Source: Balamuthia mandrillaris (Eukaryota). From it: a stretch of DNA of 64,000 nucleotides. The position numbers and the translations under genes were made by a program. Positions 39,705 to 52,131 of this stretch are shown one piece after another. The DNA lies in contig JAVKOQ020000014.1 in assembly GCA_031835245.2 (NCBI GenBank), positions 186,001 through 250,000 on the forward strand. Direction: 5' to 3'. Positions within the stretch are counted from its first letter, which is position 1. Each line of letters begins with the position of its first letter. Below the pieces are notes generated by a model. The model saw nothing but the letters and a program-made list of their open reading frames with translations. It ran no database searches and had not been told where the DNA came from.

Positions 39705-42700
39705 ATGTCGGCCCTTCACGAGGCGGTCCGCAGGAATGACCTCGAGAGGGTGCTGCAGCTGGTGAAGCTGGATCCGGGCGGCGTCAACGCCACCGACAGC
39801 TTCCAGCAGACGCCCCTCCACTTTGCCGCCTACAAGGGTTACATCGACCTCGCCGCCGTGCTCCTCAAGTTTGGCGCCAGCGTCCACGTCGTGGATAAGA
39901 ACGGATGGACCCCGTTGCACAGGTTATTATTTATTTATTTTTCATGTTTTAAATCTTCCCTCTCTTTTCCCCCTTTTGGTCTTTATTTTTCTTTTTCTCT
40001 TCCTTCCAAGAGATAAACATCTATGCTTTTTTTTTCTTTGCTTCTCCTCTTTCAAGTCATCCTTTTCGTCCTCCTCCTCGCTCTTTCTTTTTAAATTCAT
40101 AAGAAAAATCATTATTTTTCATCAAACTCATCAAACCAACAACAAATTGGCTCAACAGTGCTGCCAATTGCGGTCATCTGAAGATCTGTTCCCTGTTGTT
40201 GGCGGCAGGGGCGGACCCCTCCGCCCAGACGGACGCCGGCACCTCCCCCATGCACTACCTCGTGCGGCCCGCCCTGGAGGACACCACCGACCTCAAGGAG
40301 CTCCTGGCGCAGCTGCTCGAGCGCGGCGCCGACGTGGACTCGCAGAACCAGCACGGGGAGTCGCCCTTGCACCAGGCTTGCTTGAGAGGGAGGGAGGACA
40401 CCGTCGTCTTCTTGTTGAAGAATGGAGCGGACGTTAATCTCACCAACTTGTATGTGCCACACAGCTTTTGCTCTTCTCACTCTCTTTTCTGCTTTTTTGC
40501 TTCTCTTCTCTCATTGCTCTTTTTCTCTCTGTTTTTCTCTCCTTTCTTTTGTCCTATTCTGTATCTTTTGTTCTCTTTTGTTCTTTTTTTTGTTTCTCTT
40601 TTCTCTTACTTAAACGAATTTGAAAAAAAAGGTTTGGAGAAACACCACTTCACTTTGCGGCAAGGTCCGGTAACTTGACGGTAGCAAAGTTGCTGTTGGA
40701 GGCAGGAGCGGATGCAATGAAAAGAGGAGATAATGGCACTTGCATAGATGTAGCCACCAACGAGAACAAACACAACGAAGAGCACAGACAAGAAATGCTG
40801 AAGCTGTTACGAGGTCAGTTTCAAGCCCATCCTTTATTCTTAAGTTTATAACTGATGTGAAAGTTGGGGCTTACTGACATGATATTAAACAAACAGATTC
40901 TTTGAACGATCAACAATCGCTGACCCTGTCCTCAAGTATGGACGCCTTTTCTTCTTCCCTCTAGAGTTCTTAGTCTATTTTTTTTTCGTTTATGTTACTT
41001 AATTTGTTTTTGTGTTCTTATAGTGTTAACTATTTTCGTTCATTCTAAATTGTTTTTTTTTAAATAAAATATAGGAGCAGGATCAGAGGCCCATTTCCTG
41101 CTAAGAGAAAAGTCAATGCTGATAGGCCCAACTGGCATTCTGCCTCGACAAAGGCGTTTGCGGCACATTGAAGCCATTTCCGCAAGAAACGTTCGCGACT
41201 CTTCTCGCTCCAACGAATTGTTAAACACGTTTTATACTCTTCATGAAGCACAAGGAGATCGCCTCAATCCCTTTCCTTTCTACTCCAGCGATGTAATACT
41301 TGAAACGATGGTACGGTATTCATCTCAAAAACTTGTTTTATTTGTTTGTTTTAACTCAATTTCATGTTAGAATCCAACCTGGAGAAACATAATGCAAAGC
41401 AATTATAAGAATATGATCGCTTCACCGTCTACTTGTTTTTATATCCTTTCTGTTTTATTTATTTTAGTTTTTCGTCTCTCTCTCTCTCTCATTAAAAGAC
41501 TGTTTTTCTTTGACTGCTAAATACTGTTCTTTGTGCGAGTATGGCGAGCAGATGAACCTCCACAGTTGTTATTCCAAAATCTTATTGATTTAAATCATCT
41601 TGGCTATATCGGAACAGAGGTAAGTCGAAAAGTTTTGTTCCCATCTCATTTTGGCTGTTAGCTTATTTAGATATTATTCAGGTAAAAGGAGCATTTCCAC
41701 AGAACACTCTTGTCTTTGAGCTTAATGATGGCTTGTACTTGCGGGAAGAAACGATCGCTGCCATGGTTTGTGGCAACTTTCTTATACTTTTATTTTATTT
41801 ATTTATTTTTTTGTTTCTCCGTTCTCATTGTTTTTTCGCATAATAGAGGAACAGTGGCCAGCCTGCTCTTGCTAGCGTTACTCCAGGTGAGGACCGCCGG
41901 AAAGGTTCCTCTTGTACATATCACGATCTTCTGAAGTACTGTCTCTCCTTTATTTTCTTCTCTATTTTCTTTCTTCGCGATTGAGATACTTATATAAACG
42001 CTTTCAAAAAAACAGATTAATGAAACGAAAGAGAAAACTAGAAGTCGCACGACAAAGAAGTATATGGCTACGAGAAGCCATCGAAAAAAAGATAGCTGCT
42101 CGGATAAAGTATCTACAACTGGTGAGCACAACCTCGCTTCTCTACTTTTTCTTTCTGGAGTCACAATCTCAATGTCCATTTGCTGATTCTTAAAACAACA
42201 GTGCAGAAGACGGGACATGTTAAAGATTCATACAAACGAGTTAAAGAAAGAAGCCGAACGCCAGAAGGCGCGTAACGCCGAGGCATGGGAACGACTAAAA
42301 GCGGAAAGGCAACACATTCTCCCACGCGCTAGGGCACTCTCTCGAAGTCAAATAGCGTTCTTGGAGGACAAACAAAAGCTTGCTGAGGATAAAAAAGTGT
42401 TAGAACTTGACAAGTACGTTGGCCATTATGCATTACTCTCTTTTTTTGTTTTTTTTTTTCTCTTGCAGCGTTTTCTATTATTCTTGTCGCTCTATTAACT
42501 TTTCCCCTACACACCTTTAAAAACAATACAGAGCGTTATTACAAGCTTTGTTGGTCTCTTTGGAGAAGCGTCGATGGAAGCTAATAACCCAACTGACGGA
42601 TATTTACGTGATCGAAGTTTCCGCTACGGACAGCAAAAACTGTCTGAAGATCAACTCGATAGCTCTGCCCAACTCTGACTTTACCGGCTGTGATGAAGAG

Positions 42701-43864
42701 GAGGTGGCCACAGCGCTTGGTTGCGCTTGTCACGTCACTTGGCTTATTTCCAAGTATTTAGAGGTAATTTTCTCTCTTGTGCTCTCTCTCTTCCTCTCCT
42801 GGTAACTGAAATACTATCTTTGATAAAGGTTCCACTTCGTTATCCAATAACGCCGATGTGTTCTCGGTCGTCTATTACAGATGAAATATCTGGCGGCGAC
42901 AACACTTCTGTGTACGTTACAAATTTTCTCAGCAGTGCAACACTTTTTTTACAATACCTCTGACATTTCTGTATTTTAGAACTTATCCTTTGTATGCACA
43001 CGGGGCCGATCGGAAGGACTTCCGTTTTGGTGTATTTCTTCTAAATAGAAACATGGAACAGGTTTCTTTCCTCTCTTCACTGTCTTCTTTCTCTGCTTCA
43101 CTGCTTCTTTTCTCTTCCCCCTCCTCCTCTTCCTGTTCCTCTTCCTCTTCCTCTTCCTCTCTCTCTCTCTCTCGTGTAAGAAATTTAATGAGTGATTTCT
43201 TCTAACTTACAAACCCAAACATAAATAGCTGCTAAACTCACAAGGATGGGAGATTATAACGTTGCGCCACACGCTGCCCAACCTCCATAACCTCATCCAA
43301 AACGGCAAAAAGAACCTGGAGCGTCTCAAACAAACCAACACCCTGCCCAGCCCCGCCTCCCCTCCCTCTTCCTCCTCTTCCGCTTCTTCCTCCTCCACCA
43401 ACTTGCTCGCCTCGTCTTCTTCCGTTATTTCTTCCTCGGTCTCCTCCTCTTCCATCGCCGCCACCCCATCTTCGTCTTTTATGCTGTCTGGTACTAATGG
43501 AAGTGCCATTTACAATAATTATTATCCCGCTTCTTCGTCTTCCTCTTCTTCAATGTCTCACCATCAAACCATAAGTCAAACCTTTCCAAGAATGTCCTTT
43601 GCAACGGCAAACAAAGGAGCTGCCTCCTCTTCTTCAACCCTACACCACAGCGGCAGCAGCAACCAGTTGTTGGCAAGCACTGCTCCTTTGAGCACCGCCT
43701 CCAATCGCCTCTCCGCCATGTTCTCAACCCCAACAACAGCGACAACAGGAGGAGGACAACGAAGCAAATCGCCATCACCGCCAGCCTCTCCGCGTAAGTC
43801 CTCCCCTCGTGCGGCCTCGCCTACCTCTTCTTCCACTTCCATTCCCACCTCCACTTTCAACTAA
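39705..43864 (+). CDS. UVRAG: Ankyrin-repeat / UVRAG (Vps38) fusion protein, multi-exon
   Basis: Ankyrin repeats (TPLHFAA, TPLH.AA, SPMH, SPLHQAC, TPLHFAA) splice in frame to QRRLRHIEAISARN (UVRAG C2), a coiled coil, LPNSDF..CDEEEVATALG, VPLRYP, F.FGVFLLNRNMEQL and LRHTLPNL. Confidence 0.8.
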
Positions 43865-44027
43865 CTTCAAAGCCACCTCCCTAACCCCCTCCATCCCCAT
43901 TTTTTCTTTTTTGGTTTTTTGGCTTTTTGGTTTATTCTTTGCTTTTTTTTTTCTCTCTTTTCTTTTATATGAGAACACGATTCTTTTTTTTAAAACAAAA
44001 AAGAGCAACTCCTTCTTTGCTAAAGCC

Positions 44028-44741
44028 TCAAACAACAGTAACTTCATCCTCGAATGGATCCTGCTTTCCTCCCTCTTCCACTCTTCTTTCCTCTTTCTTC
44101 TTCTCCTCTGCTGTCGTCTTTTTCCTCTCCTCTTGCTTAGGTTGCTGCTGCTCTTTCGGCGCGTGTTGTTGCTGCTGCGCTTCTTCCAGCTGTTGCCTCA
44201 AGCGGCGTATCTCGTTGTCCTTGTTCTCCAGGTTGGCGCGATACTCGACGTACTCCTCCTCCCTCTCCCCTCTCATCCGCACCAGCTTGTAGTTGAGCGC
44301 CAGCAAGCTGCTCAGCAGGAAGATCTGAAAGAGGGAGCCGTAGTTCTGCTGCAGGCGGCGGTACCAGGGCAGGCCCGCTTCCCCGAGGCCAGCCCCGCCG
44401 GTGGCCTTTCGAAGCTGCTCGCGCATGGTCTGGGCCTCTTGGCTGCTCAGATCGATAAATTCAGCGTCGATGGTGGTTCTTGTGGTGTTTTTCGGAGAAG
44501 AAGCGGAAGAGGAGGAGAAATGGCGAGGAGGAGAAAGAGAAAAGAGCTTGTGGTGGGTGCGAGGGGACGAGACAAGAGAAAGAGGAGGAGGAGCAGCGCG
44601 GGAGCCGAGAAGCGAAGAGGCGAAGCGCGAACGCGCAGAAGAGTAAAGCAGAGCAGAAGAGGCAGTGCTTCCTATCATCGACACGCGCTTCGCCGCGGTT
44701 TCTCCGCTCCACAACAACAAAGTACACCGTGGTCGCTGCAT
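44028..44741 (-). CDS. Hypothetical single-TM coiled-coil protein with mitochondrial-presequence-like N-terminus (start 44741 or 44678)
   Basis: Intronless ORF; Arg/Ser-rich, acid-poor N-terminus ending RHFSS; one hydrophobic helix followed by a coiled coil. Confidence 0.6.
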   Translation of the reverse strand: MQRPRCTLLLWSGETAAKRVSMIGSTASSALLYSSARSRFASSLLGSRAAPPPLSLVSSPRTHHKLFSLSPPRHFSSSSASSPKNTTRTTIDAEFIDLSSQEAQTMREQLRKATGGAGLGEAGLPWYRRLQQNYGSLFQIFLLSSLLALNYKLVRMRGEREEEYVEYRANLENKDNEIRRLRQQLEEAQQQQHAPKEQQQPKQEERKKTTAEEKKKEERRVEEGGKQDPFEDEVTVV

Positions 44742-44985
44742 CTCTCTCGAGCGAATCGGTCTCCGCCGGGTTGAAGGAGAGAGAGTTACACTTGGTTTTT
44801 TTTTTTTGGATCCTTCTCCTCTCTTCCTCCTTGGCTTGGTTTTTTATTTATTTTTTCGATTTTTATTATTGTCTACAAATATATATATATTTGTTGTGGA
44901 CCAGTCGACAAAAATGAAAGACGGATTTTTTGTCGACGTTAACGACCCCTCAAGCCCACAAAAAAAGAAAAAAGAAAAACAAAAA

Positions 44986-46925
44986 ATGGCGCACAACGAA
45001 AGGCAAGTGCTCTACGTGAGCAACATCTCACCGGCCGCCGACGAAACGCAGCTCATTTCGTTCTTTTCACAGTATGGCACTGTTCAACAGATCAAACATT
45101 TGGGGTACCGCTTCTTGTTTTGTTTTTGTTTTTTTTGAAAAAAAAAAACACCTCTTCCTTCCAACTAATCTCCAATCGCTCATCTCCCTAACCCTTTTCA
45201 CTACATTCTTTTTGTTGCGCTGATCATCAAACAAAAAACAAAAAAAAAACAAACGAAACTAAAGGAATCCGGCTGTTGGTCCCACTTATGCTTTCATCAA
45301 AATGAGCAGTGCGGAGAGCGCAAATGCTGCCCTGTCCGCCTCGGACACGCCGCTGCTAGGCCAGCCCCTCAAGGTAGTGCTTGCCTCCTCCAACGACATG
45401 CCCACTTTGGCCTCTCCTGCTGTAGGTGGCGGCGGTCTTTTGTCCTCTCCTCCAGGAGGGCTTTTGCCGTTTCCGACCGCTGCTGCGGTTCTTCCTGTTG
45501 CTGCTGCGCCTATTCCCGCGTTTATGCCCTCGCCTATTACTGGGGTCAGTACCAATGCACAGAAACAGGATGAAGTGGCACGTACCGTCTATGTTGGGAA
45601 TGTTAACTCTCAGGTTTGTTGGTTTCTCTACTCTGCTCTCTTCCCTCTCCCCATTCTTTCATGTGGGATTAATGTGGTTTTTTTTAAAAAAATAATTGTA
45701 CAGATAAATGCTGATCAACTGATGGCTTACTTTAGCTTTTGTGGTCCAATCACGTATTGCAGGATGGCCGGTGACGAAAGCCACCCCGCCCGCTTTGCCT
45801 TTATAGAGTTTGCCACAATGGATGGTGCTAATGCCGCCATGCAGCTTAACGGCACTATTTTGATTGATCGCGTTCTCAAGTCTGTCTTCTCTCGTTTTCT
45901 TCTCTTGTTCTCTCTCTCTTCTCCCTTCTGGTTCTCTGCTTCTATGTTTCTCTCTGCTCTTCCTTTTGGTTGATCACTGACTCGATGTTTTGAACAGGGT
46001 GAACCGATCCAAGAATCCAATTGTCAAAGCGCCCAAACAATTAGACCCTCGCAGAGAGGCAAGGATACTCAAACGATTGCGGAGGGCTGTGGAGAAAATC
46101 AATGCTCGCTGTCAAGGTTTATAGTCACTCAACTTTACAATTTTCCTCTCTTTTCTCCTCTCTTTCTTAATTCTCTCTCTCTCTCTCTCCTCTTCTTCTT
46201 CTCGTTCTTCCCTTCCTCCACATATCTGTCATTACTAGAACAAAAAGAATGTTTAAGTGCTTGTGGTTAATGCACAAGAAGGTAGATGATGATTTCACCG
46301 TTGCCAACCCGAAAAGATTTTGCATTCATTTATCTTCTCTTTCCTTCTCTTTCTTCTCCTTTTTTTTTTTCCAAAGATTTAGTTCTTTTAGATGCTAACG
46401 TAATTCTATTTATTTATTTATTTTTCAGCAATTGAGGAAGGCAAGATATCACCTGAAGATGATTATTCTCCCAAACGCTCCCGATCTCGTTCCTCGTCGC
46501 CATCCTCTCGCAGCTCCTCTTCCTCTCGCTCTCCTAGCCGTGAGCGCAAACGACGACGCTCATCTTCCTCTTCAAGACATCGTCATCATCATCGCGATTA
46601 TCGCGACCACCGTGACCGTCATCATCGAAGCGATCGTCATCATCATTCCCGAAGCGAGCGACACCGAAGCGATCGCCATGAGAGCAGTAAAAGAAGCAGA
46701 AGTCACAGAGAGAAAGATAAAGATCGGCGAAGAGAAGACAATGACAGAGATAAGGAAAGAGAACGAAGCAGCAAACGCAGAGACAGGGATAGCGAGAAAG
46801 ACGGACAAAAGGCGAGAGAGAAGGACAGAGAACGGAAACAGATGGAAGAGGAAGAGAACGGAGGAGAACAAATGGACAAGCATCAAGATCATGGCGAAGA
46901 AGCAGCAGAACCCAACCATCACTGA
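44986..46925 (+). CDS. SR-related splicing factor (SREK1/SRSF11-like): 2 RRMs + RS domain
   Basis: VLYVSNISP..., DEVARTVYVGNVNSQ, RMAGDESHPARFAFIEF; last exon is RS/RD-rich. Confidence 0.88.
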
Positions 46926-47305
46926 TTTTTTCTTTTGCTTTTATTTAAAAGAAAAGTCGTTGTTGCAAGTTTACCTGTGTTGCTTTTGCGAAGCGAAGAG
47001 AGATGAAGAGAAGAGAGAAGAGAACGACGAAGAGAATAGAGAACTTACTGAGATAGAAAGGGCAAGGAAGCAAGGGCCAGCGAAAAAAGTCCCAGCTACT
47101 TTTCGGGGAGAAAATTGGTGTCGACAAGAACCAAACCGTTGCGCTTTGGTCAACCTCATACCCGTCAATCGTATCATATTCCACATAACAGGGTATTCAC
47201 CATAGCCAGCGTGAACCTAATATATATAGGGACCACCACAAAGAAAAGAAAAGAAAAAGCCACCAGGAGGAGGAGGAGCATTACCAGAACCTTGTATACA
47301 AACTT

Positions 47306-47345
<40 letters not shown>

Positions 47346-47367
47346 CTTTATGTCAATATAGAGCGAA

Positions 47368-50300
47368 ATGAATTTCTTGCGCTACGTAACAGGAGGAGGA
47401 GGAGGCGGCGGCGGCGGCGTCGCTGAAGAACCTCCTGCCGAAGAGGAAAAGTTACGCCAGCAGGCCAAAGCGGCGTTGACCTCCTCCTCCGCTTGGCAGA
47501 AAACGAACGACAGCACCACAACGCCAACGACAACGAGCAAAACCTTTGGTTCTTCTCCTCGCGCGTCTTTGGAGGAAGCCAAGAAGCGCCAACGGAAAAA
47601 AAAGTCTTCGTCCTCCTCCACTTCGTCGGTTGCTTCCAACGAATCCATTTTTTCTGGGCTCTCCCTGAAGGCCGGAACGGCAACCTCTGCTTCTCCTTCT
47701 GCATCGTCTCTCTCCGCTCTTGGAGATGGAGATGGAGGCGGAGGCGGGAGCTTGTTTTCAGGTTTGGAACTAAAAGACGACGACGAAGGAGAAGGAGAAA
47801 CAGGAACAAACGAAAACGATCGAAAGGAAGACGAAGAAGAAAAGAGTTCAGCATTTTCATTCATTCAAGGCAACAACCGCCAAGGAGAAGGAGAAGAAAA
47901 GGAAGAAGAGCAAGCCGCTTCGGCGTTTTCTTTCATCTGCAAACAAAATACCGTGGCCGACGAAGCGGAACAAGAGATATCCAACCAACATGTGGTCAAG
48001 GTAGAAGTGGCAAAACAAACCACAACTTCTTTTTCTTCTTCTCCTTCTCCCTCAGCTTCCTTCGAAAAAGAAGCCATGAGACGAAAAGAAAAAGACGAAG
48101 CCGAACCAAATGCACAACGAACGGTCGACACAACGAGAAACAACACGACGCAAACAAAACAGCACTCGGTCGTTGTTGTGGCGACCACGGCCAAACGAAA
48201 GACAAAGAGAGCCAAGCGACCGGGTCAGTCCTATCGAACGGAGGAACAGGAAGAAGGAGAGGAACAACAACAACAGCAACAGCCAAGTTTGCAGCAGAAA
48301 GAAGAAACTGAAGAGAGAGAGAACAACAAGACGGCAAAGAAGAAAACGACAGAAGAAACAAGAGATGAAATGAGCGACGTAGCTTCGTTGGGGATGCAAC
48401 AGAACGAAAGAAATAGTGAACGAGAAGAAGCAACCGAAAGAGAGAAGCAACAAAGAAAGAACAAAAGACAACTCGCACGAGCAGATGAAAAAAAAGGTGC
48501 GGAACAGAGAACGACACAACAGCAACAAAAAGACAAAGAGAACTCGAGTAATAACCCCCTTCTGGAATCTGCTCAAGAAGTGGAAAGAGAAGCAAATGCT
48601 CATCAACAAGCGCTGCTCCAACTGCTCCATCAAGAACGTCTTCTGCTTCAACAACGCCACCTGCAAACAACTTCCCTAAAGGAACTACGCCTCGTCCTCC
48701 GACAAACGGAGGCCCTGTTGCAAACTGCTCTATCGGAGCAGGAAGAGGACTTTGCAAGAGCGGAGGAGCTCAGTCGTCGTTTGGAGGAGCTTCAACAAAG
48801 CATTAGAGAGCTCTCACTTCAATCGGTAGAAATGAAAGAGGAGCTTCGCAGGAAGGAAGAGGACAAGCTTCAAACAGTGCTGCGTGAGATTCCCTTTCGC
48901 AAGTTGTTGAGAAAGAGGTGGAGAGAGTTGGAAAGAGAGGAGGAGGAGAAGAGAGCTCGACTTCGGTTAGAAGTGGAGGTCAAGCAATTGAAGGAGAGAG
49001 AAAGAATCAGTCTCGCTCGCAGAAAACTGGAGAGAAAGATGGAGAGAGCAGACGCTCAAGTAGAGGCATTAAAGAAGAAGGAAGAAGCGTTGCGATCCCG
49101 CATTCAAGAACGAACAAAGAACAATGAAGAAAAGCTTCTAGAGAAGGAAAGAAGAAGAAAGGAATTGAGGAAGGAAATAGAAGAGCTATTACGGCTGTTG
49201 AGAGAGAAGCAGGAAGAGGAAGATAGGTTAGAGAAGGAGATAGAGAAAGAACAAAGAGAGATTAGCGCAGTGGAGTCCAAGTTCGAGAAGGAGACCTCTG
49301 CGTTGAAGCAAGAATTGGAGGCGGCCACTGATGTCCAACAGGCGCATGCTCGAAAAATGGTTTCTTCTTTCTTTCATCTTTTACTCTCGTGCATTCGTTG
49401 TTCTTTGTTCTTTCCTCCTTTCTTCATTTATTGTTTTTAACCTCAGATTACGTGATAACGATGCGATAGGCAACATTGGAGGAAGCCACCAAAGCAATCA
49501 ACGAAGCAAAACAACGAATGGAAGCACAGCAAAACCAACAAACAGTCAACATGGAACGGTGGCACTCTCTCAGCGAGGACACCAAACGCTCCATCCAAAC
49601 CCTGAAAGCAATCGAACGACAGTATCGCAAGGCACAAGAGCGAAGAACAATGTTCATCCAATTGGCAATGAAACACCAGAAACAAGAAGCAAAAGCACGC
49701 GAGCAACTGGGCGAATGCGATGGTAGCATTCAGGTACTGACATCGGTGATACTTCGGTTGAATGAAGAGGTAGCGGAACTGAAGCAGTCCATCACGAGTT
49801 TGGAGTTGCGCTTGCCTTCTCTGGAGGCCAACAAGAAATTGGCTGTGTCAGGTTCGTCTTCTGTGGTTCAACATGTTGATTTTCTATTCTGCTCTGACTT
49901 CTGTTCAATAATCATACAATGTTATTCACAGGCAGAAACTTTGGAGAGGCCAAGCGAGTGGCCAACGAGATAAAGGCAGCAACAGAAGAAATTGAAGCAA
50001 AGAAACGACGACTAGCAGAGTGCGAGAATGATATCACCAACAAGACCAAAGCACTGGAAAGCAAACAACAAGAATATCGGGAGTCGGAGGGACGAATCCA
50101 ACAACAAAAGAGAGCCTCAAACATTGAAACCTTGAGGTGGTTGCATGAAACACACCAACTGCTCATCAACCAACTCGAAACATTACAAAGTGAAGAAGAA
50201 GCACAAGAAGATAGATGGAAGATTGAAACGGCGAATCTTTGGCGAGAGGAGCTGCGGTGTGTGGAGGAGGAAATGGGACTGTTGAAGGAAGAGCTTGGTG

Positions 50301-51878
50301 TTGTGAACATTTGTGAAGTTCTCGATCAACAAGTAAAAGAAATAGAAGAAGAGGAACTACAAGAAACTACAAACGCTGATGCGGATGGTGGTGATGAGGA
50401 ACAGGAAGAAACACACAAAGAAACTGACATACCAGAAGAACGAGAAGATGGAGTAGAGGAAAGAATGGAAGGATACGATCACGAAAGTATTCGTGCAGAG
50501 TACGAAACAATAAGGTCCAAAATTGCTGCGCTGGAGACAGAGTTGGAAGAGCAAGTCGCTGCAGAAGACTTTGATGCTGCTGAGGCAACAGACATTCACA
50601 TCAATCGTCTCAAAGCTCGTTTGGCTAAGCTGGAAGAGCTTGTGGTCAATGGCGATAAGGCAAGCGATGGGAACACAGCAGCAGAAGAACAGGTCGAACG
50701 AGAAGAAGAAGAAGAAGAAGAAGAAGAAGAAGAAGAAGAAGAAGAAGAAAAAGAAGAAAAAGAAATAGATGAACAAGAACAAGAAGGAGAAGAAGATAAA
50801 TTCCGGAAAGTTGATTCTGACGAAAGAGAGTTGGAAGATCACAAAGGTCATGAAACGGGCGCAAGAGAAGAAGAAGAAGAAACAGAGGAGGAAGTTCAAA
50901 GAGATAATGAAACACAACCACGAAACGATGAAGAAGAAAATGGAAAGCAAGAACAAGAACCGGGACAGGAGAATGATGAACAAGAACGAGAAGAAGCAAT
51001 ACAGCTAGAAGTAGAAGAATGGCAACAAGAGGGACACGAACAAGAACAAGAACAAGAGCAAGAACAAGAACAAGAACAAGAAGAACAAGAAGAACAAGAA
51101 CAAGAAGAACAAGAACAAGAACAAGAACAAGAAGAACAAGAACAAGAAGAACAAGAACAAGAACAAGAACAAGAACAAGAACAAGAACAAGAAACAAGAA
51201 CAAGAACAAGAACAAGAACAAGAACAAGAACAAGAACAAGAACAAGAACAAGAAGAACAAGAACAAGAACAAGAACAAGAACAAGAACAGCCTAAAGAGC
51301 AAAGAGAAGAAGTAGCAGGAAAGGAGGAAAGAGAAGTAATAGATGACAAAGAATCACGATTGAGCAACGCGAACGACGAGGAACTTCATCAAGGGATATA
51401 CGTGTTGGGAGACGAAGAAAGTGAGGACGAAGTTGATTCTGCGTCTTCGCCTTCCTCCTTGTCAGCTTTCAGCTTTATCAACCACAAAGATGACGACAAA
51501 GAGAACCATGAGGATGACCCGGTATCATCTTCATCGGCTTTCGGCTTTATCAACGATGAAAGTGGAATTCAAGAGGATGAGCATCAAGACGAGAACAGAG
51601 AGGAGGGAAGCGAGGCCACAAGCGTGTTTTCGTTCATTCGAGACCATGAAAATAGCGAAGAAGAGAAGAAAGAAGGCGAAGAACAAGAGGGCGGCATTCA
51701 AGTAACACACGAGCAGGGAAGTGAATCTGCAAACAGTCTGTTTGCATTCATTCAAGCACATGAAAACAGGGAAGAAGAAGAAGGAGAACAAGAAGAAGAG
51801 CTAGCAGAAGAAGAACCGGGCGATGAGGACAACAAATACCAACCCCCATCACTGATTGTACCTTTCCACCCAGAATGA
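47368..51878 (+). CDS. Long acidic coiled-coil protein with UVR (UvrB/UvrC) motifs; apparent +1 frameshift in a repeat at ~51193
   Basis: Exons 47368-~49359, ~49448-49851 and 49932-51878. Motifs EDFARAEEL, KKLAVSGRNFGEAKRVANEIK and AAEDFDAAE; repeated SxF[SAG]FI and S[IL]FSGLxL. Confidence 0.75.
51038..51290 (+). repeat. Coding (GAACAA)n repeat encoding poly-EQ
   Basis: Hexamer array. Confidence 0.95.
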
Positions 51879-52131
51879 AAAACCACCTTCGAGGGCAAAT
51901 TATGTGTCGACATTGGTCACGGGCAACGTGCCCGTTGAAAATCTGTCCAAAGTTCCCATCCGTTTGACGACCACAAGCGGCTCCCATTGGGCGCACCCAA
52001 AGAACAATGCTTTCCTGTCGACATACCAATTCTCATGACGACACGTGGTTTAACCCATCGTTTCTGCATTTTTTTTTTTGGCATAGTTTGGCTGGCAAGC
52101 AAAGCAACACCACCACCACCACAAACCTACC

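Noticed and set aside
43809..44774. 321-aa plus-strand ORF
   Set aside because: Antisense shadow of the minus-strand gene 44028-44741.
46432..47205. 257-aa ORF
   Set aside because: Alternative frame of the RS-domain exon of the SREK1-like gene.
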